A stretch of 37,197 bases of DNA from Nemertoderma westbladi (lineage: Eukaryota; Animalia; Xenacoelomorpha). Every line of letters starts with the position of its first letter. Position 1 is the first letter of the stretch. A program made the position numbers and the translations under genes. Under the pieces are notes generated by a model. The model saw only the letters and a program-made list of their open reading frames with translations. It made no database searches and was not told the origin of the DNA. This document shows positions 21,684-33,308 of this stretch, piece by piece. The stretch covers positions 1 to 37,197 of the forward strand of contig JAUCBJ010004560.1 in assembly GCA_032718475.1 (NCBI GenBank). The letters run 5' to 3'.

Positions 21684-23189
21684 CCCTTTCCGCCCTATGG
21701 CATATTTGGTATGCCTTGCGTTAAGGCACTGTGACATACTTGGTATGTCAAATTCTGTACTTTATTCTACTAACGCCTCAGGATATCAGTGCAGTCCTAG
21801 GACAGTTTTCCATGGCTCCAGTGCCCTATGTTGACCATATGTAGGCGGGAAATTTGAATTTATAGGAACTGTATATCAAATGTTTGATGTAGGTTAATAA
21901 TAAGTAGGTACCGGTCTGCCGGTACCTGCTATTGTACTTGTAGTAGTAACTGCTATGTACAACCTCGCTGTATAATCATGGATAAGAGTTACCCTAAACG
22001 TCAGATACGTCCACTGAAGATATCTGGAGGGAATAATTCCGGACTTTTAAACAGCAATAATACCGGTACCGGTAGCGACGGTTGGAAGGAGATCAAAGTC
22101 AACGAGGATGAAGTCGACGGCGTTAATTATACGTTTAGAGGAGGAAATCTACCGCCGAGCGGATGGAATGGAATCGATACATACGATGTAGACATGGGTG
22201 GTTATGTGGACCTATATATAACAGATTCTTTAGTTGACCTGCTTTGTAAATGTACGAATGATAAAATAAAGGCGACGGAAAGTAAACCCGATGATCCACA
22301 GCCAAGCACAAGTGGAGGGTCTGATGTTCGAAAGATCAAAGATGTTACACAACTAGAAATGAAAGCCTTTCTTGGTTTGACTATTCTAATAGCATGTGCA
22401 AGGAAGAATAAAATTCGTGATTACTGGAGGGTTTGCATCACCAATTGCCACCCCGTATTTTTATTCGGTCATGAGTCGGGATAGGTATCTACAGATATTA
22501 AAATTTCTCACGTTTTCTGACCCAAATAAGGTATATAAGCATGATCGATCCACACGTCTCCATGACTTTTTGGAATTACTACATGACATTCTGAAAATCT
22601 ATATACCAGAAGTGGAGCTTTCATTGGATGAATCATTATTATTATTCAAAGGACGATTGGGATTCAAACAGTTTATTCGCACTAAACGTTCATATATATA
22701 TAAATAATATATATATATATATATCGGTTATATTGTATATCGTGTATCTGTATGTATATACTGTATATTGTGTATCGGTTATGTTATATTTATCTTGTAA
22801 TATACATTATACATACAGATACACGATATACAATATAACCGATATATATATATATTGGTTATATTGTATATCGTGTATCTGTATGTATATATATTGTGTA
22901 TCTGTTATGTTATATTTATCTTGTCAAATATCGAGAACTGTATGACATACTAAATATGTCAATTATATGCACTGTCATGACATACCAGGTATGCCATGTC
23001 TTAACATACCTGGTATGTCATTACGCAATCACAGAATGCCCTATGACGTTTTTTTGGGTCTCCCACATCTCTAGATGCATGAAGCCGAAATACTGAAGCA
23101 ATTTAAAGAGGGTTGTAAGCATTTCAAATCGGCTCAAACTTCCCAGTGCTTTCGCAGGACACTTTTATTCTGCTACAGGACGGAAAGGG
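21684..23189 (+). mobile_element. piggyBac transposon, internally deleted (1506 bp), TTAA TSD
   Basis: TTAA|CCCTTTCCGCCCT ... AGGACGGAAAGGG|TTAA. Subterminal palindromes resembling TGACATACNNNGTATGTCA at both ends, plus a transposase remnant. Confidence 0.95.
21978..22692 (+). pseudogene. piggyBac (PGBD4-like) transposase N-terminal half, frameshifted and truncated
   Basis: EMKAFLGLTIL...IRDYW, frameshift near 22430, then MSRDRYLQILKFL and SLDESLLLFKGRLGFKQFIRTKR (first catalytic Asp). The remainder is replaced by AT-rich filler. Confidence 0.9.
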
Positions 23190-23413
23190 TTAAATCACCA
23201 GTTTTATCTGGGGAGTATTATAGTTCTGGGGAAGGAGGGGGGGCTGAAATTAAGTCGTAATACTTTGTCTAATTCCTGGCCTAACGGCCGAAGAAAACTT
23301 TAATTTTTTACTATCTTTGTCCTAACGTCAAATTATTTATGGGGCGACTCTAAGATGGGGGTAGGCTGGGCAGGTAATCAAACTATTATGCAATAGACGG
23401 GTGAATATTTTCG

Positions 23414-23563
23414 ACCTACGCGTAGGCCTACGCGTAGCTACGCGTAGCTACGCGTAACTACGCATAGTTCGCAACATTGGGTCATATATCACCAGTTTCA
23501 GAGTTTTAACATTAACTACACGTAGGTTCTACGCGTAGCTACGCGTAGGTCCTACGCGTAGGT
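23414..23563. repeat. Two clusters of the palindromic 10-mer CTACGCGTAG around a ~50-bp spacer (probable MITE)
   Basis: About 5 units on the left and 4 on the right; ends ACCTACGCGTAGG and CCTACGCGTAGGT. Confidence 0.8.
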
Positions 23564-23607
23564 GCTACCCATAACTATGCCTATACGATGTTTATTCCAA
23601 GCGGTTC

Positions 23608-25415
23608 AGTACTACTACTAGGATCGGCATGCTGCATTGCAGCTGCATTTTTAAGAATGCTGTGCCGGCTTGTCAACAAAATTGCACCGCCACAACTCCC
23701 TATCACCCATGACATTTGCTAGATCATCCGCATCTTTAAGGCCAGTGTCCTTTAAGATGCGTCTCAAGAAAGTCATGGGCTGTCCACCATGCTTATTCAC
23801 TCCATGAGGCTGCCAAAGTACAAGATTATGCACTGGCTGGTCCTCACGGCGAAAGCAATGTCCTGCAAAGCGGAGGCGATTTTGTTCTAGTGTCAAGCTT
23901 GGGGGAACCAATGAGACACCTCCAATGTTATATAGTGTCTGGTTGGAGATGTGTGCATTGTACTTGACACAATGTACCCGGCGTAGCATTCTTGTGAATG
24001 TGCCATCCAGAGATCTGGTGTCCTCAGCAGTTAGAGCCCAGCATGGACTCCCGTAGAGGAGTACTGGAACTACTGCTGCTCTAAATAATCGGACCTTAAG
24101 TTTCCGATTAATTCTCGGTGACTTCCAAATCCTGGAAAGCCTATTCAAGGCTGCCCATGCCTTTCCCTTACGTATTCGAAGGTCCTCACCTGACTTCCGG
24201 ATCCATGATCCCAGGTAACAGAAGTCGTCCACATGCTCAAGCATACCATCCTTTGAGCTTATGCTCATCCGATCAGAGACTTGCTGAGGACTTTCAAAGT
24301 TAACTGTCAGAATTTTGGTCTTTCTGGAGTTAATAAAGAGACCAACACTAGAAGCAGCATGTTCTAATGAGCTGAGGAGCCGTTGGGCTCCCTCTAATGA
24401 TTCTGAGAGTACTCCTAAGTCATCAGCAAAGTCTAGATCAGTTAGGTACTTGGCAGGATTTCCTCGACTTCTGGAGCCAGTAGGTGGAGTTATCATCACC
24501 CCATCATCATTATGATGATCTAAGGACATGCGTAGAACATATGTCAACCACAATAATGAACAAGAATGGTGCAAGTGTGTCTCCTTGGAGGACGCCCCAT
24601 AACACTTCAAATGGTTCTGTGTCACCGTCAACAGTAGACACAAATGTTGTCGAACCATCGTATACTGATCTGATTGCTGCAATAATTTCATCAGGAATCC
24701 CATATAATGAAAGTATGCTGAACATACGTGAGCGAGAGACTGAATCAAAGGCCTTGAAGAAGTCAACAAAGATAACAGCCAGATGCCTGTCTTTCTTTTT
24801 TGATAACTCTTCAATTATCCTTCTAAGTGCCAAAATGGGTTCCATGGTCCCACGACCTTTACGGAACCCATTCTGATTTCCACGGAGCAGTCTCTCAATG
24901 GGATCCCTGATGCGATTTAATAGAATTCTATTGTATAGCTTTGCAGCAATCGAGATCAATGAGATTCCCCGAAAAGAACCATAGAGTGTTAGGTTGCCCT
25001 TCTTGGGAACTGGCACCAACTTATTTGTTTTCATTTCTTGTGGGACTCTTGTTGTTCGGTACATGTCTACTATGATGGGATAGATGAGCTTTAGACACTC
25101 AGGTATTTTAAAGACCTCAGGGGGAACACCATCTACTCCACTGGCACGATTGGTCTTAATGCTGATAGGTCATTTCGGCACTTCTGGATTTTGTTGTCAG
25201 TCCAGGGGACTCTTTTCCTGTTTCGAGGATGTACAGGAACTGTTTCTGCAGCTGCTAACTTAACTGCTTCTGTGAAGGCAGTATAGCCCTCACAGTGATC
25301 TGCCGCCTCAGAGGCAAGAACCTCATACCTGTTGCTCAGCTGTAGTGTGAAGCTGGATCTCACACTTGGCTGTTGCGACAGAGAGGACTAGTCATGCCGC
25401 GGCAAGGCAGATTTC
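23608..25415 (-). mobile_element. 5'-truncated, decayed RTE-like non-LTR retrotransposon (RT domain) with (TAG)n tail
   Basis: RT motifs ASGVDG, FRGISL, QNGFRKGR, FVDFFKAFDSV, GVLQGDTLAPFLF, LDFADDL, FCYLGS and RLRFAGH. Frameshifts near 24520 and 25150, stop at 25388-25390, short 3' UTR, tail TAGTAGTAGTA at about 23610-23620. Confidence 0.9.
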
Positions 25416-26561
25416 GTTGTTCAATAAATGCTTGATAAACGCACAACCATGCTCAAGCATACCATCCAAATCACAATAAGTCAATCCAACCCCACAATGG
25501 GGGTCATATCTGCATATTGCTGTATTGAATGTTTTTTGGCGTTTAAAACAAATGCCAGGATAATACTAAAAGGTAGTATTATTTCTTGGTTTTATACTAT
25601 AATTATAATTGTCAATTGTCAATTTATTTCAACTACTATTAATTGTTATTACTGTATTATCAGATTACAGGATTATGTTACATGATAATGAAGTATGGTA
25701 TTGCAGTATTGTATATTGCATATTTATTCAAATTTTATACAGTCTGAGACTGAGAGTAGTAATGTAGTAGGCCTATATGTAAATGTATAATGTATATGTA
25801 GGCCTATCAAAAAAATATTTTTTAATATTAACAATTTTGATGTTTCATTTACATTTCAGCATTTATTATGTATACCGGTAGGCCTCAACGTACAGACGTT
25901 CTAAGCTGCTAAGATAAGCTTTGAAACGCTCAAACTTGTAAAATTGTTCTTATCTGCTTATGACTGTATTAGCTGCGCGATTTTTTTGACATATGGTATC
26001 TAGAATACTGGAATATGTATGGTGTGTTTATTAAATAGATTGAAATAGCCTTGCGCAGGTGTACCGTACTCCGTACTGTGTTGCATATCTGCATATTGCT
26101 GCATTCAGGCATTGCCGATGCTACGCTGGCTGTAGGGCTGTGCCGGCGCAGCACATCCATAGATACAGTGATATATCTGCCAGTCAGCGCCATATCTGCG
26201 CCATCTCCCGGCTGCCCGGCAGCCCGGCGCAAGTTGAAACAGTAAAATGCTGTGCCGATGCCGAACGTGTTCTTCTTCCTAGCTCAGTAGCTGCCTAGTA
26301 CAGTCAACAGTCAGACAGTAGTCAGGTAGTACCGCTGTACGCGTACGGTACTGTAGTAGTACAGTAGTACCGTACTGTAGTAGGGCCTACCGGCCAGCCA
26401 CCAGCCGACTCACCGGTCATCGGTACTAACTAATACCGGTACCTCTTGCTGTCTTACTGTCTTACTAGTGCAGTAGTGATAACTCACGTCTTGGACAGTT
26501 GATCTTCTGGACTTAGGCTACCTACCTAGTTATAGTAACAATTAGTTATTAATAAGAAACA

Positions 26562-27443
26562 ATGCCGACGCCAGACAACAGGAAGCGGGCCCACCCTTCC
26601 ACGCATCATCGCCACCGCGGCGCATCGAGTACCGGTAGTGGTAGCGGATCGCGACCACGGCAAACACAACACACCGCGCCCCAAGCCAAAGAGGACTACT
26701 ACGATATCCTTGAAGTGCCAAAAACCGCATCAGACGAAGACATAAAGAAAGCCTACAAACGCCTGGCGTTGAAGTGGCACCCTGATAAAAACCCGAACAA
26801 TTCCGCGGCGGAAGTTCGATTCAAAAAAATCTCCCAGGCGTATCAAGTCCTCTCGGACGCAAACAAACGGGAGGTCTATGACAGATACGGGGAGGATGGA
26901 TTATCGGGGGGCGGGGCGCCGAGTCAGACGAACTTCCATCAGCACGGGTTCCCGGGGTTCTCATTCGTGTTCCGCTCTCCCGAGGATATATTCCGAGAGT
27001 TCTTCGGTACGGACGACCCGTTCGCCGGGTTGTTCGAGCCGATGACTCATCGATACGGCAGACGCGCCGGCCCCTCCCAGCGCAGCGCCCATATCCTCCC
27101 CTTTCAGACGACCATGTTGAGTCCGTTCGGTGCGCCGTTCTCCTCCGGGTTCACTATGGGTGGCTCCCCCTTCGGTTTTCCCAACATGGGCGGCGCTTCG
27201 CTCGGCGGGTTTATGTCGTCGAGTTCGAGTAGTTTCGGTCCGTCGGGTTCCTTTTCTTCCGTGTCCACCTCGACGCGGATGGTTAACGGACGACGCATCG
27301 TCGAACGCAAGGAGAATAGCAACGGGCAGGAGACGGTAACCGTGAGTCAGGACGGGGTCGATATCAGTAAGACTGTCAACGGAGTCCCCCAGAATGTGGG
27401 TGGCGCGCGGGGGGCCAGTTCCGGCTCATATTTAAGGCTTTAA
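26562..27443 (+). CDS. DNAJB6: DnaJ homolog subfamily B member 6/8-like (MRJ), 293 aa, single coding exon
   Basis: J domain DYYDILEV...KWHPDKNP...YDRYG, G/F region with [15 protein letters not shown]-rich segment and C-terminal [14 protein letters not shown]...SKTVNG. Confidence 0.93.
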   Translation: MPTPDNRKRAHPSTHHRHRGASSTGSGSGSRPRQTQHTAPQAKEDYYDILEVPKTASDEDIKKAYKRLALKWHPDKNPNNSAAEVRFKKISQAYQVLSDANKREVYDRYGEDGLSGGGAPSQTNFHQHGFPGFSFVFRSPEDIFREFFGTDDPFAGLFEPMTHRYGRRAGPSQRSAHILPFQTTMLSPFGAPFSSGFTMGGSPFGFPNMGGASLGGFMSSSSSSFGPSGSFSSVSTSTRMVNGRRIVERKENSNGQETVTVSQDGVDISKTVNGVPQNVGGARGASSGSYLRL

Positions 27444-28685
27444 ATACTAACCTGCTATTGTATGTACTTTACATTTTATTCGTGGCAAATATAAACACGG
27501 GGAAATTTACGTAATGATGTTATATAGTTGAATATACATGAAACATTTTTTATATGGTTTGATGGATTTCTTATTATTTAGAGGATATATTTAGTAAGTA
27601 ACATTGATTTACCTGAGTGTAGTAATTAGTTTATAAGTACACACACACACTGACATAGTTAAATAGTAGTATATAAAACTACATAACATAGCACGTATCG
27701 GTATTATATAAAATTCAAATTGAACTGATAGTCTGCGAATTAACAAATAAAATAAGTTGCCATTTTATTTCTACATAAATTGTTTAATTTTATTTCAATT
27801 CTCCTTTTTCACATAAAATTAATGAGATAGGCTATATCGATTTACTTTATAATATTTTAGAGTTATGAGTTTCAAATTTAATAGATTTTGCTACTGAGAG
27901 AGGGTGGGGGGGGGGGGGGGGGTATTGGCATATAATACAGCGTGAGTTATTTTATTTGGTAAAGGATTTGCTTTCGATTTGTTTATATTGTATTGTTTTT
28001 TTGCATTTATTGTTACTGAACCCTTCAATATGTTTTTATTTCATGTTGATTGTCCATTTCCTGTACCTGAGTATTATTAGTAGTAGTTTATAATCAATCG
28101 TAGATATTTAAGTACAAAAGTACATTGTATATTATTATATCAATATTACCGAGTATTTCTTGGGTGTCGCGGTATATCTTAGCGTGATCCGTATTGTGTT
28201 CTATATATTATTTCATATCAACATTCAAAAATGTACACGCCGTAAGTATTAACAGCAGTGGCTCATTATAGACCCTCGCGGCACCCACTATATTATCCCA
28301 CCCCGCATACCTTCAAAAATCGTCCCAAACCGTTATGTAGTTTAAAGACGGCCCCTTACTTCATGACAATTAACTTCCCTTTATGGCCCCTTGGCGTATA
28401 TTTGACCTCACTCGATGTCTTTGTATCACTTCAGCCGATCACACTAATGGGGGGGGGGGGGGGGGGGGGGGGGGGCTGTGTTATTCATTTATCACGATAG
28501 TATTATTTTCCAGGACGGGGTGCACTTTGTAGAGGGCAAGTCTATTTTATTTAGCATTACGACCTACTAGTGGGTTCGCTGCCGAGAAGCTAGAGGATAT
28601 GATATAATTTGAATTGATAGAACATCAGGATAGGAAAAGTTTGTACTTAATTAAAAAAAATTCGTAGCTACACTCATAAATTATT

Positions 28686-28891
28686 GGGTAGGTGTAAAAC
28701 GCGGATCCCAAAATTATCAATTAAGGGAAAGGAGCAGGTTACAGTGGCACGTTATTTTAACCAAAACAATAAACTAAACACAATAGAACAAGTTATAGTT
28801 TTATTTTTGAGAGTTTTATAAATGTAAAAAAATCGACTTCCGTAGGGACAATGTTAAATGTAGAATCCGGGTCCGCGTTTTACTCTGACCC
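28686..28891. mobile_element. Mutator-type MITE with 9-bp TSD TAAATTATT
   Basis: TIRs GGGTAGGTGTAAAACGCGGATCC and GGGTCCGCGTTTTACTCTGACCC. TAAATTATT at 28677-28685 and 28892-28900. Confidence 0.88.
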
Positions 28892-29975
28892 TAAATTATT
28901 ACAATAAATAATAAATAGCATAGCTATTATAATAGCAGTGTCATGGACTACTATATTCATATAGCGTAAAGATAAGATCGTGTAAATGGAATTATTTGAA
29001 AGCCCTTCGTATTGGTTATGAATTGTTCAGTCTATTAGTTTGTACTGATACTGACTAATAATTGTAGTGAGTGCAACTCGCTGTCAATAGCAACGGCGTT
29101 ACAATGTTGAAAATCTTACATATTGAAATTACATTGATGTCCAATGTGTAAGTGATACAATAAACAATAATATTATAAAAAGAACATGGTAGAGGGAAAC
29201 GTGATTATTTTGTGTGAAGTAAAGTAATATAATAATCTCTAACATAACAAACGGACTCCATATGCTGTGCGGAAATGGGCTCGCCTTTACATAACTATGT
29301 GCTATTTTACTCTGTACATTATTGATGCTTATTGTACGTGGTGTGCTTATTAAGTGCAGATAAGTATACCAGCAGAACTTAATATTTCTCAAGAAATATT
29401 TATTTATGTGTTTATTTTAATATATTAAATTGTTTTATGTTTGTCTCATTAGTTTATTATCCTTCAACGGTCCCTGGCCTATGTTTGTTAAACGATTTAT
29501 TTAATGTTTTGAACTTTCTTGTGTCAATTTCTGACTTGATAGAACTGACTCGAAGCGGGACCTTATTGCCCCTGGAAGCCGTAATGGGTGTCGTTAATCA
29601 TTTTGAAATGTTTATAGTTCACGCCAGTTAGTTAGCCAACATGTACGTCCACTGTACAAAGCTCGCCGATGTGTATAGATGTGGTTATGCAGCATCTGAA
29701 CTGCCCCCTTACTACGTGCTGCGCTGCATGTTAGAAACAGACCCCAGCTCACTAGTATGCCACCAAAAGACCCCCAACTCACTAGTAAGAACTCACCGGA
29801 ACACGTGCTATTCCATCCGGTCTCAGGAATTTATAGCTTTGGACTTTAGATACCACCTAAATTTAGTTTAGGTACTACTGGTAACAATTACCGATAAGCA
29901 GTCCACGCATTAGGTTAGGGTTTGTTGGTCAGGCAAAAAATCTATTTAAATTAATCATGTGCACTGCACATATAA

Positions 29976-30165
29976 AGGCCATGATACACCACAGGAGCGG
30001 CGGGCGGCCGCTGTGAGTGGCGACTGTTGATATGATACACCAGAGGAGCGGCGAGCGGTGGTGTAATTTGTGGTGTATCATCACCCATAGAAAATAATGT
30101 GTTCTATTTTTAAAAAGTGGCCGCTCACCGCTGCCGCTCGCCGCTCCTGTGGTGTATCATGGCCT
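29976..30165. mobile_element. PIF/Harbinger-type MITE with TAA TSD
   Basis: Perfect 27-bp TIR AGGCCATGATACACCACAGGAGCGGCG, TAA on both sides, and an internal partial TIR copy at about 30031-30060. Confidence 0.92.
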
Positions 30166-31853
30166 TAAGCTAAGTTTCTAAATTACAGCTAGGGTTACAT
30201 GACAATTTTAACTAACGCCGCACCACCCCCCTTATGGTAGAATCCCCCCTCAGGGAAGTGCTATATAAAGTCAATACCTTCCAAGTATATACCTTATCCC
30301 TTTTTTAATAACTTGCATAATCTTGTAACAAGTATGTTAAGTTTCGTTTATTGTTTTGGTTCTACACACCCTCCTCTGCTACAGTACCTGCCTCTTTACT
30401 AACCTGCCTACAGCATCGTAGCCTACAAATTCAATATAGTTTCTTTGTTTGTATCCCAGTCAATTTAGCATGTTTACGGGGGGGGGGGGGGGGGGGCAGG
30501 GTTTACTGGCAAAATACCATGCCGTATGTAGCATGTAGGCCAACCATATGATAACTTTGCCCCTATCTATAATTCGCTTTCACGAATTTAAACAACCATT
30601 TATATACAAGTATTATTGACCCTTCCTATTAATAGCCCTACCTGAACGCAAATGTTTATCTTACTTCGTGGCTCGCCCCACGCCCACACTTTGAAACTTC
30701 CACATTGTAAGAGACTAAATTCACATGAAACTACTAAGTTCGCTTTATAAAATACTGTATATATTTAAATAAACAGTAATTCGTTTCTATTGGAAACAAG
30801 CTCCCGTTCAAATGTGCTAAACCTGTTTTTAGGAATAGTTAGTGCAGCACTTTCACCTCCTTTATTACAAATGTAACATTATGTTATAGGCAAGGGGTAA
30901 CATAGATCGACATACTGTACGTACAGTACACGTTCGTGGGGCCTTCGCGCAGCACGAGGCTCACTTATCAGATACAGATTAAAATTGATGTTCTATCCCA
31001 AAATCAAATCGGTATTTAAGAAATTTAACCAAACCGCCAATAAGAATAAATCAAAGAAGAGAGGAAAGTTCCCCCTTTAACCCCCTCTTAATCTGCATCA
31101 CCCCAACCCAAAGGAGCACAGAGGTTTAATGAAAGGCAGAGGTAGTAACATAAAATTTGTGTTTTAAAAGTAATATAATGGCATAATAAGGCAATATAAG
31201 GCAACCCAATTTGTAAAAAATATTAAAACTTACCTTATGCCGATAGTATTGATACTGAAATTTTAATTTAACATGTCAACACATCAACGAAATAATTTAG
31301 TTAATTATTATTCTAAAGAATCACGATTAAATACTGAGGCAATCATTTTGTGAGATAAATAATAAGCTGGCTTATTAGTCTGGCACCTTACACTAGTAGT
31401 GCCTGTGTCCTATAGATGTAAATACCCGTTGCCAAGTAGTGGTGACATGATTGGACTGGTTCCCAACTATATGCAATAGCAAGCATGCCAAGGAATGATT
31501 GGGCTGGAAGTATAGAGTGAGGGGCATTTTGTTAACTTAATTACGTTTAGATCAATTTAAGGGAATGGAGTATAGTGTTTACAGCTGTATAAATTTTAAT
31601 TATAATTATTTACATCTTATACTATAAAATAATTAATTCCTATAAAGTCATGTTGAAAAAGCTGTTTTTTACCCTAACCAACATTAATTAAATACATAAC
31701 TGAACTTATCTCCTTCTCGAAGGCCACACGAAAATTCAACTTTGAAAATTTGTAAACTTTTGCAAAACAACATGTGTACCAAGTTTGGATAGATTTTATC
31801 GAGATTTGGATGAGTTATTAACGTTTAAAATTGAACACAACAGAACGACACGA

Positions 31854-32017
31854 GTGGGGCTTTCGTGCAGCAAAAACTGCAAGCCATCTTAGCGAACAAT
31901 TATAATTATACTATGGCTAGTTATATATTGGCTTCCGACACACACACACACACCTAGAGACTTTTATAAAACGGTCATAACAGTTCGCTGATGGCTCGCA
32001 GTTTTGACTCGCCCCAC
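31854..32017. mobile_element. Small inverted-repeat element of the GCTCGCCCCAC family with internal (CA)n
   Basis: GTGGGGC...AAAACTGCAAGCCATCTTAGCGAAC (31854-31897) is inverted relative to GTTCGCTGATGGCTCGCAGTTTTGACTCGCCCCAC (31983-32017). Confidence 0.6.
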
Positions 32018-32745
32018 AGAACAACACACACACCGATTGAGTGAGTGGTACCTGTATGCTAAGCTCGCTTTCTTTCGTGGCTCGCCCCACATACATGTCT
32101 AAGCCTAAGTAAGCAGTGGGCTAAGGCTAAACGCTTTCAATATGTTCCGTAGGCTATAATTAAAGTGAAAGTACATTTCAATCTGAAGTAGGCCTAGCCT
32201 ATACCCATTGACCATTGCTTGAGAATGTAAGGTTCAAGGTTGCACAATGCACTAAGGAAATAGTCCTACACCAAGGGCCTGAGCTGGTCACTGTAGAAAG
32301 GAATATAATTGGTTTGTACCTTCCGTATATTAACCAATCGCGGAGTTTCTTTTCCTGTGGCAGTGTGTGGTTACCGTGTAAATGGAAAACTGACATGGGT
32401 AATAAATAACAGCCACTCACTTCACTAAACATAAACATATTTATTTAATACACGTTTTGTTATAATTTCGCGATGTTTGTTTTTTCCTGTAATTTGTGTT
32501 TTAACTACAGACACTGCAGTAAATACCGATGCATATGTTTTCTTTAGTTGACCATATTCATTAAATTTATTGTTAACTTGTTTATTGTAATTGTTTCCTT
32601 CATTTTATTTTAATCTTTGGACTAATTTTTTGTTCAAAAGCAAATAAAATATTAGCATGTTGCGTATAACGCATTAAAAAACATATATCTGGCAACTGCA
32701 AGTAAGAATAATAATCGGTAGCTCTATTTAAGCAAAATACATAAA

Positions 32746-32818
32746 CGCCCGATAAGGGGATTGAACCCTTGACCTTAGGATTAAAAGTCCCACGCTCTAC
32801 CAGCTGAGCTAACCGGGC
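32746..32818 (-). tRNA. trnK-UUU: tRNA-Lys (UUU)
   Basis: 73-nt cloverleaf: acceptor GCCCGGT/ATCGGGC, anticodon loop CTTTTAA, T arm AAGGG-TTCAATC-CCCTT, T4 shortly downstream. Confidence 0.96.
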
Positions 32819-33162
32819 AGTGATTCGGCGTGCGAAAGTAATTACGCGACTCGCTTTGCTATGTAAATAAAATATCTCGAGATATGTTATCCGCAAACCA
32901 TTACTGAGATTTATACGCATACTCCCAACATTAAATTAGTGTATTAACGCTGAACCACCTGTGAGCTGTGCATCTGTACCATATACATTACATACTGTAG
33001 GTAGGTACTAATATGCTAACAACGTCGATCGTTATTTTTGTGTGACAACAGGGGGATGCGCGGGACACGGCCCTATCATGTTTGAGGCCCAGTCCAGTGG
33101 TAGTGGTAGTCTAAATTTTTGATATATAGTTAACGGTGGGCGGAGTCTCCCACTTAAACAAT

Positions 33163-33308
33163 ACCAGGTTTTCACTTTTCGAAATTTATTGGAATTTTCA
33201 GATTTTATAACAAATTTGTATTTTTTTAAATTTCTCCTTATTATCCCTTGTGTTTTATATGTAACTACACCCCTTCCGTAACCTGGGTTTTTTTAGTGAA
33301 AACCTGGT
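33163..33308. mobile_element. Short element with 14-bp inverted repeat and 3' hairpin (HINE/MITE-like)
   Basis: ACCAGGTTTTCACT and AGTGAAAACCTGGT. The end CCTTCYGTAAC(C)TGGGT(n)AGTGAAAACCT also occurs at about 8514-8543. Confidence 0.65.

Noticed and set aside
21330-23355. A larger MITE interrupted by the piggyBac
   Set aside because: Flanks look repeat-like (poly-C, GCGCAAC repeats) but matching TIRs or a TSD could not be established.
23600-25425. Target-site duplication for the LINE
   Set aside because: Only a 5-bp GTTCA match near both ends; not convincing.
32199-32438. Possible Helitron helicase C-terminal relic (FSSNGQWV resembling FSHGQLYV)
   Set aside because: Similarity too short and weak to support without an HMM search.
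32600-32920. 106-aa minus-strand ORF
   Set aside because: Runs through the tRNA-Lys gene and has no protein features.
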